Positions 1 through 8,581 of a stretch of 11,194 nt of DNA are shown here, one piece after another. The stretch is from Fidelibacterota bacterium. Lineage in GTDB: Bacteria > Fidelibacterota > Marinisomatia > Marinisomatales > JABMOV01. The notes beneath the pieces were generated by a model. It worked only from the letters and a program-made list of their open reading frames with translations. It was not told the origin of the DNA and ran no database searches. The position numbers and the translations under genes were made by a program. How positions within the stretch are numbered: the stretch's first letter is position 1; each line of letters starts with the position of its first letter. The stretch spans positions 1-11,194 of the forward strand of contig JBHHUC010000064.1 in the NCBI GenBank assembly GCA_046861395.1. Reading direction: 5' to 3'.

Positions 1-1
1 C

Positions 2-235
2 CTGTGCCGGGCCCTCATGAATCAACCGGATGTTTTGCTTATGGATGAACCGACTGGAAATCTTGATACGGGAAATGCAGATAAAATCATAACCTACATT
101 CAGCAGATTTGCCGCGATATGAACCAAACCGTTTTATTGACTACACACAATCCAACTGTTGCCAAAGCCAGCCATATTCATCTAAACTTGGAAAACGGAA
201 CATTAAGGACAATTGAAGATTTTAATAACAGGTAA
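2..235 (+). CDS. ABC transporter ATP-binding protein, LolD/MacB/FtsE-like (5'-truncated C-terminal fragment)
   Basis: The frame is open from base 2 (LCRALMNQPDVLLMDEPTGNLD...), so the ATG at 17 is internal. It has a Walker B/D-loop (LLMDEPTGNLD) and an H-loop (LLTTHN) typical of the LolD/MacB/FtsE subfamily. It ends soon after the H-loop at TAA 233-235. Possibly lolD, but the fragment cannot confirm this. Confidence 0.85.
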   Translation: MCRALMNQPDVLLMDEPTGNLDTGNADKIITYIQQICRDMNQTVLLTTHNPTVAKASHIHLNLENGTLRTIEDFNNR

Positions 236-244
236 TTTCATACT

Positions 245-2701
245 ATGAAAGAAAATTTCTCAAAACGAGTACAAACCGTAATGAAATCGGCGAAGGAAGA
301 AGCCATTCGTCTGGGACATAGTTATGTTGGTTCCGAGCATTTATTGTTGGGACTACTGCAACTAAAATCAGGGAATGCCCGGTCCGTATTCGAATATTAT
401 GGCTGCGATCATAATGAAATGGTATCCATGATAGAAGATCTGATTAAAACAGCCGGGGGAACATTGACCCTGGGACATTTACCCCTAACCCGTCGGGCCG
501 AGCGGGTCCTGCGGAATGCCTACAGTGAAGCCGCCAACCTAGGTGCCAATGTGGCCGATGATGCCCATCTTTTACTTGCCTTGTTGCTGGAGTCGGAAGG
601 AATTGCATTTGAAGTTTTGCACGGATATAACCTGGAATACCAGAAAGTGAAAGACTTTCTCAAGGCTGGGACGGGAGATGCCGGAACGATGCAGAAATCA
701 CCGATCAAACCCGCCCAATCCAAAACACCGGCCCTGGATCATTTTTCTCGGGATATTACCCAATTAGCCCGACGTGGTGAGTTAGACCCTGTCATCGGCC
801 GGGAGGATGAAATTATCCGTGTGGCGCAGATTCTGAGCCGGCGCAAGAAGAACAATCCAGTTCTGATTGGTGAGCCGGGAGTTGGGAAAACAGCCATCAT
901 AGAAGGATTGGCGACCAGGATCATTGATAAATCCGTACCTCGAATTCTGCGGAATAAGCGTATTCTGTCTCTGGATCTGGCTTCGACGATTGCCGGGACC
1001 AAATATCGCGGTCAGTTTGAAGAGCGGATGAAAACAATCATGACTGAGCTGGAAAATGCCCAAGACATCATTTTATTCATCGACGAAATCCACACGCTGG
1101 TTGGAGCCGGCGGAGCAACCGGTTCCCTGGATGCTTCCAACATGTTCAAACCGGCCCTTGCCCGAGGCGATATTCATTGTATCGGCGCTACTACCATGGA
1201 TGAATACCGTAAATCCATTGAAAAAGACGGAGCCCTGGAACGTCGCTTCCAAAAAGTGATCATTAATCAACCGTCAATTTCGGAATCGCTGGACATTCTG
1301 AAAGGGTTGAAGGAAAACTACGAAAAACATCATAATGTCATATATGAAAACAACGCCATCGAAGCCTGTGTCCATTTGGCGGACCGCTATATCAGTGACC
1401 GCTTTTTACCGGACAAGGCCATTGATGTTCTGGATGAAGCTGGCAGCCGGGCCCATATGGAAAATGTTTCGGTTCCGGAAGAACTGGTAAAAATCGAAGA
1501 TGAACTGGATTCGGTACGCGAATTGAAAGAACAGATGGTGGCCGATCAGAAATTTGAGGAAGCGGCACGTTTACGGGATAAAGAGCATAAACTGGTGAAG
1601 AAACTGGGCGAACTCCATGCCGAGTGGGTGGCTCAGGAACAATTGCATCCGGTGGTGATTACCCGAGAAAATATCTCCGAAGTCGTGGCGTCCATGACGG
1701 GTATTCCTGTCTATCAGGTGGCCGAATCGGAATCGAATAAATTGCTCAAAATGCGCGATGGCCTGCATCAGTTTATTGTCGGGCAGGATGAAGCAATCGA
1801 TACCTTAACCAAGTCGATACAGCGGGCCCGTGCCGGCCTGAAGCATCCCGATCGTCCTATCGGAGTTTTTCTATTTCTGGGACCCACCGGGGTTGGAAAA
1901 ACGGAAATGGCCAAAGCATTGTCACAATATCTCTTCAGTCATACCCGATCCCTGATTAAACTGGATATGTCGGAGTACAGTGAACGATTTACAGTATCCC
2001 GATTAATCGGTGCCCCACCGGGATATGTAGGTTATGAGGAAGGTGGCGACCTGACTGAAGTAGTCCGCCGCAATCCATATTCCGTCATCTTGTTCGACGA
2101 AATTGAGAAAGCCCATCCTGATGTGTTCAATCTTTTGCTCCAATTATTCGACGAAGGTGTACTAACGGATAGTCTGGGACGCAAGGTGGATTTTAAGAAT
2201 ACGATCATCATCATGACGTCCAACTTGGGAACGAAATCTCTTTCCCGGAAGACCGGCATCGGATTTCAGAAAGGAAATGCGGCCGAGCTTCATAAGAACA
2301 TTGAAGAGACGATCCTGGAAGAAATGAAATCGATTTTCAATCCTGAATTCATTAACCGGATTGATAATACCATCGTATTTCATACTTTATCGAAAGAAGA
2401 TGTCCTGAATATTGTGGATATTCAGTTGGGAGAGTTGCGCAAAAACCTGTCCCAAATCGGATTGAAGTTACATATTTCAAAACGAGCGAAAGCGTTGTTA
2501 ATGGAACGCGGCTATAGTCCTGACTACGGTGCCCGGCATTTGCGGCGGGAAATCCAAAACAGCTTGGAAAATCCCATTTCGGAATTATTGCTGGAAAACA
2601 ATCATTCTGCAGGTGATATTGTCAAAGTGGGTACCGCACGCAAATCATTTACCTTTTCCTTTATACCGGCAAAGCGAAATAGGAAAAAGGAACTCGCCTG
2701 A
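245..2701 (+). CDS. clpC: ATP-dependent Clp protease ATP-binding subunit ClpC (class I Hsp100)
   Basis: 818 aa. Two Clp-N repeats (GHSYVGSEHLLLGLL; DDAHLLLALL). NBD1 has Walker A GEPGVGKT and Walker B LFIDEIH. A short UVR-type middle coiled coil (QKFEEAARLRDKE) follows. NBD2 has GPTGVGKT and LFDEIEKAHPDV, with pore loop GYVGY. A ClpP-docking IGF tripeptide lies at 2258-2266. Confidence 0.93.
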   Translation: MKENFSKRVQTVMKSAKEEAIRLGHSYVGSEHLLLGLLQLKSGNARSVFEYYGCDHNEMVSMIEDLIKTAGGTLTLGHLPLTRRAERVLRNAYSEAANLGANVADDAHLLLALLLESEGIAFEVLHGYNLEYQKVKDFLKAGTGDAGTMQKSPIKPAQSKTPALDHFSRDITQLARRGELDPVIGREDEIIRVAQILSRRKKNNPVLIGEPGVGKTAIIEGLATRIIDKSVPRILRNKRILSLDLASTIAGTKYRGQFEERMKTIMTELENAQDIILFIDEIHTLVGAGGATGSLDASNMFKPALARGDIHCIGATTMDEYRKSIEKDGALERRFQKVIINQPSISESLDILKGLKENYEKHHNVIYENNAIEACVHLADRYISDRFLPDKAIDVLDEAGSRAHMENVSVPEELVKIEDELDSVRELKEQMVADQKFEEAARLRDKEHKLVKKLGELHAEWVAQEQLHPVVITRENISEVVASMTGIPVYQVAESESNKLLKMRDGLHQFIVGQDEAIDTLTKSIQRARAGLKHPDRPIGVFLFLGPTGVGKTEMAKALSQYLFSHTRSLIKLDMSEYSERFTVSRLIGAPPGYVGYEEGGDLTEVVRRNPYSVILFDEIEKAHPDVFNLLLQLFDEGVLTDSLGRKVDFKNTIIIMTSNLGTKSLSRKTGIGFQKGNAAELHKNIEETILEEMKSIFNPEFINRIDNTIVFHTLSKEDVLNIVDIQLGELRKNLSQIGLKLHISKRAKALLMERGYSPDYGARHLRREIQNSLENPISELLLENNHSAGDIVKVGTARKSFTFSFIPAKRNRKKELA

Positions 2702-2762
2702 TTCAGCAGGGATTCTCTGCCAAGATAATCAACTCTCTGTCAGAATGCGTCAGGTATAACGC

Positions 2763-2778
2763 TGGCATATAAATTGAT
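2763..2778 (+). promoter_or_regulatory. Putative sigma54-like (-24/-12) promoter for dnaK
   Basis: TGGCATATAAATTGAT has GG (2764-2765), exactly 10 nt, then GA. This matches the spacing of the TGGCAC-N5-TTGC consensus, with GA in place of GC at -12. It lies about 40 nt upstream of the dnaK start. Confidence 0.45.
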
Positions 2779-2805
2779 CCTGTAGCTCCACCTATTTATA
2801 AGCAA

Positions 2806-2811
2806 AAGGAG
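2806..2811 (+). promoter_or_regulatory. Shine-Dalgarno sequence of dnaK
   Basis: AAGGAG lies 6 nt upstream of ATG 2818. Confidence 0.8.
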
Positions 2812-2817
2812 TTTTAC

Positions 2818-4722
2818 ATGGGAAAAATTATTGGAATTGATCTGGGAACGACAAATTCTTGTGTGGCCGTTCTCGAAGGTGGTGAACCGGCCGTTATTAC
2901 CAGCCCGGAAGGCGGACGGACTACGCCATCCATTGTGGCCTTTACCAAAGACAATGAACGCATTGTAGGACAACCGGCCAAGCGCCAGGCCGTGACTAAT
3001 CCGGCTAATACGATCTATTCAATTAAACGTTTCATGGGTCGCATGTACGATGAAGTAGAAACAGAGATCAGCGAAGTCCCCTACACCGTAACGAAAAATG
3101 CCAGTGGTGCTGTGGTAGTCAAAGCCGCTGATAAAGACTATACACCGCCGGAAATTAGTGCCATGGTGCTGCAGAAGTTGAAACAAATGGCTGAAGAACA
3201 TCTGGGAACGGAAGTAACAGATGCCGTCATTACCGTGCCGGCCTATTTCAACGATTCACAGCGTCAAGCGACAAAGGATGCTGGTAAGATTGCCGGGTTA
3301 AATGTTCGTCGCATCATCAATGAACCAACAGCTGCATCGTTGGCCTACGGTCTTGATAAGAAAAAAGATGAGAAAATTGCCGTTTTTGACCTCGGTGGAG
3401 GAACATTTGATATCTCAATCCTGGAACTGGGTGACGGTGTTTTTGAAGTAAAGTCAACCAATGGTGACACCCATCTTGGTGGTGATGATTTTGACCAAAA
3501 GGTAATCAACTGGATCGTGGATGAATTTAAAAAGAGTGACGGAATTAATCTGAAGAATGATCCGATGGCTCTACAACGTCTGCGGGAAGCGGCGGAAAAC
3601 GCGAAAAAGGAATTATCAAGTTCAAAACAAACGGATATCAATCTACCCTTTATCACAGCCGATGCTTCGGGACCTAAACATTTGAACCTGAATTTTACTC
3701 GTGCCAAGTTTGAAGAACTGGTCAGCGATCTGGTGGAACGAACAGTCGCACCCTGCGAAAAGGCATTAAGGGATGCTGGTTTATCGTCCAGTGACGTTGA
3801 TGAAGTCATATTGGTAGGCGGCTCAACCAGGATGCCGGTCATACAGGAAAAAGTAAAAGAAATCTTTGGTAAAGAACCGAATCGCAGTGTGAATCCTGAC
3901 GAAGTCGTTGCGATTGGAGCCTCGATTCAGGGCGGTGTGTTAGCCGGTGATGTTGATGATATCCTGTTGCTGGATGTTACACCGCTATCCCTAGGTATTG
4001 AAACGCTGGGAGGTGTTACGACGAAACTGATTGAACGGAATACAACGATTCCGACCAAGAAATCCCAGATATTCAGCACCGCAGCGGATAATCAGACTAC
4101 AGTGGAAATTCATGTATTGCAGGGAGAACGAGAAATGGCTTCCGGCAATAAGACTATCGGTCGATTTCACCTGGACGGGATTCCACCGGCCCCCCGGGGC
4201 GTTCCGCAAGTCGAAGTGACGTTTGATATTGACGCGAACGGGATATTGAATGTATCCGCCAAAGATAAGGCTACCGGCAAGGAGCAGAGCATACGTATTG
4301 AAGCATCCAGCGGTCTATCCGAAAATGAAGTAGAACGCATGATCAATGAAGCGAAGAAACACGAATCTGAGGACAAGAAAAAGCGGGAAGAAATTGAAAC
4401 CCGGAATCAGGCCGAACAGCTGGTCTATCAAACCGAAAAGAATCTGAAGGAATTCGGTGATAAACTTTCGGATGACGATAAGAAAGAGCTGGAGAGCGTG
4501 AAGGATGAGCTCAAGAAGGTAGTGGACAGCAATAATATTGATGCCATCAAATCTACCATGGAGAAGCTGAACGCCACTTGGAGTAAGCATGCCCAGAAAA
4601 TGTATGCCAACGCACAACCGGAGCAAGATCAGCCTCAACCCGAACAATCCGAAGGTAAAACCAAGGAAAAGAAGGAAAAAGAGGCTGAAATTGAGGATGC
4701 TGATTTTGAGGTTGTAGACTAA
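2818..4722 (+). CDS. dnaK: Molecular chaperone DnaK (Hsp70)
   Basis: 634 aa with Hsp70 signatures [54 protein letters not shown], linker [32 protein letters not shown] and acidic tail DADFEVVD. Confidence 0.99.
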   Translation: MGKIIGIDLGTTNSCVAVLEGGEPAVITSPEGGRTTPSIVAFTKDNERIVGQPAKRQAVTNPANTIYSIKRFMGRMYDEVETEISEVPYTVTKNASGAVVVKAADKDYTPPEISAMVLQKLKQMAEEHLGTEVTDAVITVPAYFNDSQRQATKDAGKIAGLNVRRIINEPTAASLAYGLDKKKDEKIAVFDLGGGTFDISILELGDGVFEVKSTNGDTHLGGDDFDQKVINWIVDEFKKSDGINLKNDPMALQRLREAAENAKKELSSSKQTDINLPFITADASGPKHLNLNFTRAKFEELVSDLVERTVAPCEKALRDAGLSSSDVDEVILVGGSTRMPVIQEKVKEIFGKEPNRSVNPDEVVAIGASIQGGVLAGDVDDILLLDVTPLSLGIETLGGVTTKLIERNTTIPTKKSQIFSTAADNQTTVEIHVLQGEREMASGNKTIGRFHLDGIPPAPRGVPQVEVTFDIDANGILNVSAKDKATGKEQSIRIEASSGLSENEVERMINEAKKHESEDKKKREEIETRNQAEQLVYQTEKNLKEFGDKLSDDDKKELESVKDELKKVVDSNNIDAIKSTMEKLNATWSKHAQKMYANAQPEQDQPQPEQSEGKTKEKKEKEAEIEDADFEVVD

Positions 4723-4743
4723 CACAGCTCTTATTCCCCTGTG

Positions 4744-4779
4744 AAAAGCGTCTCGTAACGGGACGCTTTTTTTGTTTTT
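4744..4779 (+). terminator. Rho-independent terminator downstream of dnaK
   Basis: AAAA-GCGTCTCG-TAA-CGGGACGC-TTTTTTTGTTTTT: a GC-rich stem with one G:U pair followed by a T-tract, starting 21 nt after the dnaK stop. Confidence 0.88.
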
Positions 4780-4802
4780 GGAACCCAAAGCATGTAACTT
4801 TG
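4771..4802 (+). promoter_or_regulatory. Putative housekeeping promoter for the tamB-like operon
   Basis: TTTG (4771-4774), 20 nt, then TAACTTTG (4795-4802) matches the Bacteroidota primary-sigma consensus TTTG-N19-21-TAnnTTTG. It can also be read as TTGTTT-N17-TAACTT (sigma70-like). Confidence 0.5.
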
Positions 4803-4828
4803 TTGCTTCAGGGAAGATTGAACCCGTT

Positions 4829-7800
4829 ATGAAACCCAAACGATTCATTTTATTTATCACTACCGTGATCTTGACGGTCACAGTTGTTGTGTCCCTGCGC
4901 ACCGCGATATGGCAGGATGCGATTGTTCGCTTTATCAATCAGCGTCTGGCTTCAGGATGGACACTTTCTCTTGATTCCATTGAGGGGTATGTATGGGGAC
5001 CGATTCAGGTGGAAAACCTTTTACTTTCTTCGCAGGATGGTAATCAATTTTCTGTTTCCGATCTTGAATTTTCGCCTTCGTTTTTCCCCTTATTGTTTGG
5101 GAAAATCGGTTTTAAATCGATTCGAGTGAAGGATATTTATATGAAATACAGCCAGGGAAACAGGACTGGCACTTCTCGATTGAATTTGAATCAGTATATC
5201 GCACCATTGACAATTGATAATTTATTCATGGATGGTGTTTTGTGGATTGACACTCCCGAGTCCTTCTATGAATATGAACTGGCATTTCACGGGCGGATAA
5301 ATTCCAATGAGTCTTCCTTATGGCTGAACCTGCAACAATTGCAGATTGATGATCCAAAAGCTAAAAACAGTTTTTTAGCGAATAATACGTTCATGAAAAT
5401 AACACCTACCCGGTTTATCACTGCGATCGAGAAGGGAAATATCAACGGACAAATGATGTCCGGCCACATTAAATACGTTGAGAGTTCCTTTCGTCACTTG
5501 CAAGGGAATATTTCATTCACGGATGTGAATATTCCCGATAAATTCCTTTCCGGAATACCCTTGCAACCCCAATTATCATCCCTGGATCTGGATTTTACAT
5601 TCACATCTGATTTCAAACTATTTAAGGGAAACCTAGCTGTTTCCAGTCCCTTGGGACTGGATATGGGGGGAGAATTTGTGTCCGAAGTGTTTCCGAATCA
5701 TATTCGAATTCATAAATTGGAATTACTGAGCGCCAAGGCCCGGTTATCCGGGAACGGTTTATTTGAAAGTAATGGCCGCTTCAATGGATCAGTGCAATTT
5801 CAGAATTTTGATTTCAGTCAATGGGTGGAAATTGATAGTCCTTCCAGTATTTCCGGATTACTACTTATGGACGGACAAGTGGTAGGCGAACAGATTCAGG
5901 AGATTACGCTGACAGCGGAGATAATGGATTCGAGTCTTTATCGGGGACAAAACCTATCTCTTTCCGGTTCATTGACCTATAATGGCGAAAAACTGAATAT
6001 CATTGATCCGCTAATGCTGGAATTGGGGGCGACCAATCTGGAAATGAATGGCTGGGCGGATTTTACCAATGATTCCATCTCATTGTCCTGTCTCATGAGA
6101 AATGCCACACCGAACATTATTAATAACTTTTGGGCGGATACGCTGAAGCAGGGATTGGCCTCCGGTTCCGTCATGATAAACGGTGCCTTGTCCGATCCCA
6201 GGTACACCGTCGATCTTCAGGTTCGGGATATCCGCTATAAGGCCTTCACCGTGAAAGGTGGTACGATTCGTGGAAAATTAAAAAAACCGAGTGCTTTGGC
6301 TGAAGGTGAATGCATGGTTGATTTTATCGGATTGGAATATGATGGCAATTTCATAGACCATTTATCCATGGATATAACATTTGATTTATCCAAGATATTA
6401 GTGGGAGAATTCCTGGCGAAACAGGGAGAAAATTATTTGCAATGGAATGGTTCATTTGATCGCATCGACAAGATCAACATTGACCGGATACAATTTTTAT
6501 ATAATTCCCATTTTCTGGTTAATCCGGCTCCGTTTAACATAACCATCCGCGATTCTTCCGTCATTTTCCATCCTTTTGAAATTCATGCCGACGACGGACT
6601 GATCGCCGGGGAGATGCGTTTTGGTCCCCAATACCAGGGGCATGTAAAACTATCAAATATTGATGCCGATTTAATACAATTAATGTTCGGAGACAAAATC
6701 CCGCCAATCACAGGCTTGGCATTTGGTGAAATTCATGCCCAAGCCGGTGATTCACCATCACTATCCTGTGATGTTACACTGAAAAACGGAGAACTGGCAA
6801 GACAACCCTTTCAGGATTTAGTCCTTTCCTTTATTTATCAGGATTCGGTCCTGTATATCGAAGATTTATCACTGTTTTCCGATTCCACCGGATTCCAGAT
6901 TCATGCCACATTTCCGGACAATTATCCCAATTCATCATCCCGTATTCCGTTGTCGGTTGAATCCTCCTTTACTCATCTACCCCTGGAATGGGTAATGCAG
7001 TTCCTGCCGCCCTGGTACCATCTGGAAGGGATTGGCTCCGGTACAATTTCCTACACCGGCCAGCCCGATAAAGCAAAGATGAACTTTGCCCTCACTATCA
7101 AGGATGCCGCCTTCGACCGTATTGCCCTAGGGGAGGTGAAAGGCACTGGGAATTATGATGGCCGCCGAGTAAATTTTACATCCTTTGAATCCCGGAGAGG
7201 AAATGGCGATTCGATTACTGGGCGGGCTTATTTACCGTTAAATTTGATGTATAAACATCCGGGTTTCGGAAAAATCAATGCCGACGATTCACTGTTTGTG
7301 ACTTTACAGGCTCAGACTGGAAACATGGATTTTCTGACGAATTATATTGACGATGTAGATTCTGTTAGGGGAAATATTCAGCTGCATTTAACCGTAAACG
7401 GATTGTTTAAACAGCCCGTTCGGAACGGGGAAATCAATATTTCGGACGGGAAAATCTATACATTGTTGACGCGGAATAGTATCAAACATGTCAACGGGTC
7501 GGCAACTTTATCGAACAATATTCTGGTCCTGGATCGGTTCACGGCCCAGATGGATGAAAAAGAGAAAACCCGGAAAGATAATGTTCATCTCAGCGGTTCC
7601 ATCAATTTGACCTCTTTTTTCAAACCGGATTATAATCTCAGAATTCAAGGGGAAAACGTATATGTGGATCTCTTAACGGAAGACATTCAAGGACGAGTGA
7701 ATAGTGATATAACCCTGTCTGGACGGGATACGATTCGTTTTGTCGGCGATGTTGAAATCATTGATGTTGAAATGTTTCAAGAATTCACATCGACTGAACT

Positions 7801-8572
7801 AGGCGAAATTCTAACCGAGGGTTCGATCATTACTGAATACAGGATAAATTTCCCTATCATCGGTAAACTTACATTTATCAATAGTCAGATCGAAGCAGTA
7901 TTGTCAGGTGAAGTGAGCTATTCCAAGCTGGGAAATTTCCCCACCGATTATGCCGGAGAACTACAGCTGGAAGAAGGGAAATATTATTATTACGGTGATA
8001 TATTTACAATTACCTATGGCTATCTGGCGCTGGAAGGAAAAGGCTTCAATCCCTATATGGAAATTGAAGCCAATACCGTTATAAAGGATGAATTTCAGGA
8101 TGAAAAAATTACATTGCGAATTGTGGGACCACTGGATAATCCTGAACTGAGTTTTGAATCGTCCAGCGGCTATTCCCAAAGTGACATCTTGGAACTGTTG
8201 ACATGGGGGAAACGGTTCGAGGATCAGGAAATATCTTCCAGCGGGTTTGGCAATCAGGCTCAGGCTATTTTGGGTTCCTGGCTGGAGGGACAGATTGAAA
8301 AAAATATTGCCGAATTGGGCAGTGCGGGCATGTTGGGACTACTGGACAATGTGTCCATTACCGGTACATCCAGTTTAATTGATCCCACCAACCGGAACGA
8401 ATTGTCTATCAAAGCCGGTGTAACGGATAATCTCTCCTTTGCTTACCGGCGCTCATTCTCACTGAACGCCGTTGGTGTGGAATTAAAGGTCAACCGCTAT
8501 TTTTCTCTGGTAGGTGACATCGATGAAGCCGGAAATTTCAAGGTGAAATATCGGCTGCGATATTCCTATTAG
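4829..8572 (+). CDS. tamB: Translocation and assembly module TamB-like / AsmA-like protein (DUF490-type C-terminus)
   Basis: The probable start is ATG 4829 (1247 aa), because the track's TTG 4772 lies inside the terminator. The N-terminus has basic residues plus a hydrophobic anchor (MKPKRFILFITTVILTVTVVVSL). The long body has alternating beta-strand character and is rich in Gly. The C-terminal region is TamB-like (NPYMEIEA...ITLRIVGPLDNPELSFESSSGYSQSDILELLTWG) and ends in amphipathic strands (FKVKYRLRYSY). It is adjacent to an Omp85 gene. Confidence 0.82.
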   Translation: MKPKRFILFITTVILTVTVVVSLRTAIWQDAIVRFINQRLASGWTLSLDSIEGYVWGPIQVENLLLSSQDGNQFSVSDLEFSPSFFPLLFGKIGFKSIRVKDIYMKYSQGNRTGTSRLNLNQYIAPLTIDNLFMDGVLWIDTPESFYEYELAFHGRINSNESSLWLNLQQLQIDDPKAKNSFLANNTFMKITPTRFITAIEKGNINGQMMSGHIKYVESSFRHLQGNISFTDVNIPDKFLSGIPLQPQLSSLDLDFTFTSDFKLFKGNLAVSSPLGLDMGGEFVSEVFPNHIRIHKLELLSAKARLSGNGLFESNGRFNGSVQFQNFDFSQWVEIDSPSSISGLLLMDGQVVGEQIQEITLTAEIMDSSLYRGQNLSLSGSLTYNGEKLNIIDPLMLELGATNLEMNGWADFTNDSISLSCLMRNATPNIINNFWADTLKQGLASGSVMINGALSDPRYTVDLQVRDIRYKAFTVKGGTIRGKLKKPSALAEGECMVDFIGLEYDGNFIDHLSMDITFDLSKILVGEFLAKQGENYLQWNGSFDRIDKINIDRIQFLYNSHFLVNPAPFNITIRDSSVIFHPFEIHADDGLIAGEMRFGPQYQGHVKLSNIDADLIQLMFGDKIPPITGLAFGEIHAQAGDSPSLSCDVTLKNGELARQPFQDLVLSFIYQDSVLYIEDLSLFSDSTGFQIHATFPDNYPNSSSRIPLSVESSFTHLPLEWVMQFLPPWYHLEGIGSGTISYTGQPDKAKMNFALTIKDAAFDRIALGEVKGTGNYDGRRVNFTSFESRRGNGDSITGRAYLPLNLMYKHPGFGKINADDSLFVTLQAQTGNMDFLTNYIDDVDSVRGNIQLHLTVNGLFKQPVRNGEINISDGKIYTLLTRNSIKHVNGSATLSNNILVLDRFTAQMDEKEKTRKDNVHLSGSINLTSFFKPDYNLRIQGENVYVDLLTEDIQGRVNSDITLSGRDTIRFVGDVEIIDVEMFQEFTSTELGEILTEGSIITEYRINFPIIGKLTFINSQIEAVLSGEVSYSKLGNFPTDYAGELQLEEGKYYYYGDIFTITYGYLALEGKGFNPYMEIEANTVIKDEFQDEKITLRIVGPLDNPELSFESSSGYSQSDILELLTWGKRFEDQEISSSGFGNQAQAILGSWLEGQIEKNIAELGSAGMLGLLDNVSITGTSSLIDPTNRNELSIKAGVTDNLSFAYRRSFSLNAVGVELKVNRYFSLVGDIDEAGNFKVKYRLRYSY

Positions 8573-8581
8573 CGGTTACCA

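Noticed and set aside
245..2701. Calling the Hsp100 gene clpB because it sits next to dnaK
   Set aside because: The middle domain is the short UVR type and an IGF ClpP-docking loop is present. ClpB has a long M-domain and no such loop.
2702..2817. CIRCE/HrcA, CtsR or sigma32 elements upstream of dnaK
   Set aside because: No convincing match to any of these consensus sequences was seen.
3345..3842. 165 aa antisense ORF within dnaK, and the other short ORFs nested in clpC, dnaK, tamB and omp85
   Set aside because: They are fully nested in conserved genes, have the Ser-rich composition typical of shadow frames, and show no recognisable motifs.
4615..4722. QPEQ repeat and an EEVD-like tail (FEVVD) in DnaK as a ligand for the downstream TPR protein
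   Set aside because: A disordered linker plus a DA(D/E)FE(E/V)V tail is normal for bacterial DnaK. The TPR protein is also a predicted exported lipoprotein, so it would be in a different compartment.
4772..4828. TTG start at 4772 extending TamB by 19 aa
   Set aside because: It lies within the terminator T-tract and the candidate promoter. ATG 4829 directly precedes the basic-plus-hydrophobic membrane anchor.
4315..4938. 207 aa minus-strand ORF overlapping the dnaK 3' end and the tamB start
   Set aside because: It is a codon-aligned antisense shadow of the Lys/Glu-rich DnaK tail, which explains its Leu/Phe richness. It also crosses a terminator. Antisense ORFs on hsp70 genes are a known artefact.
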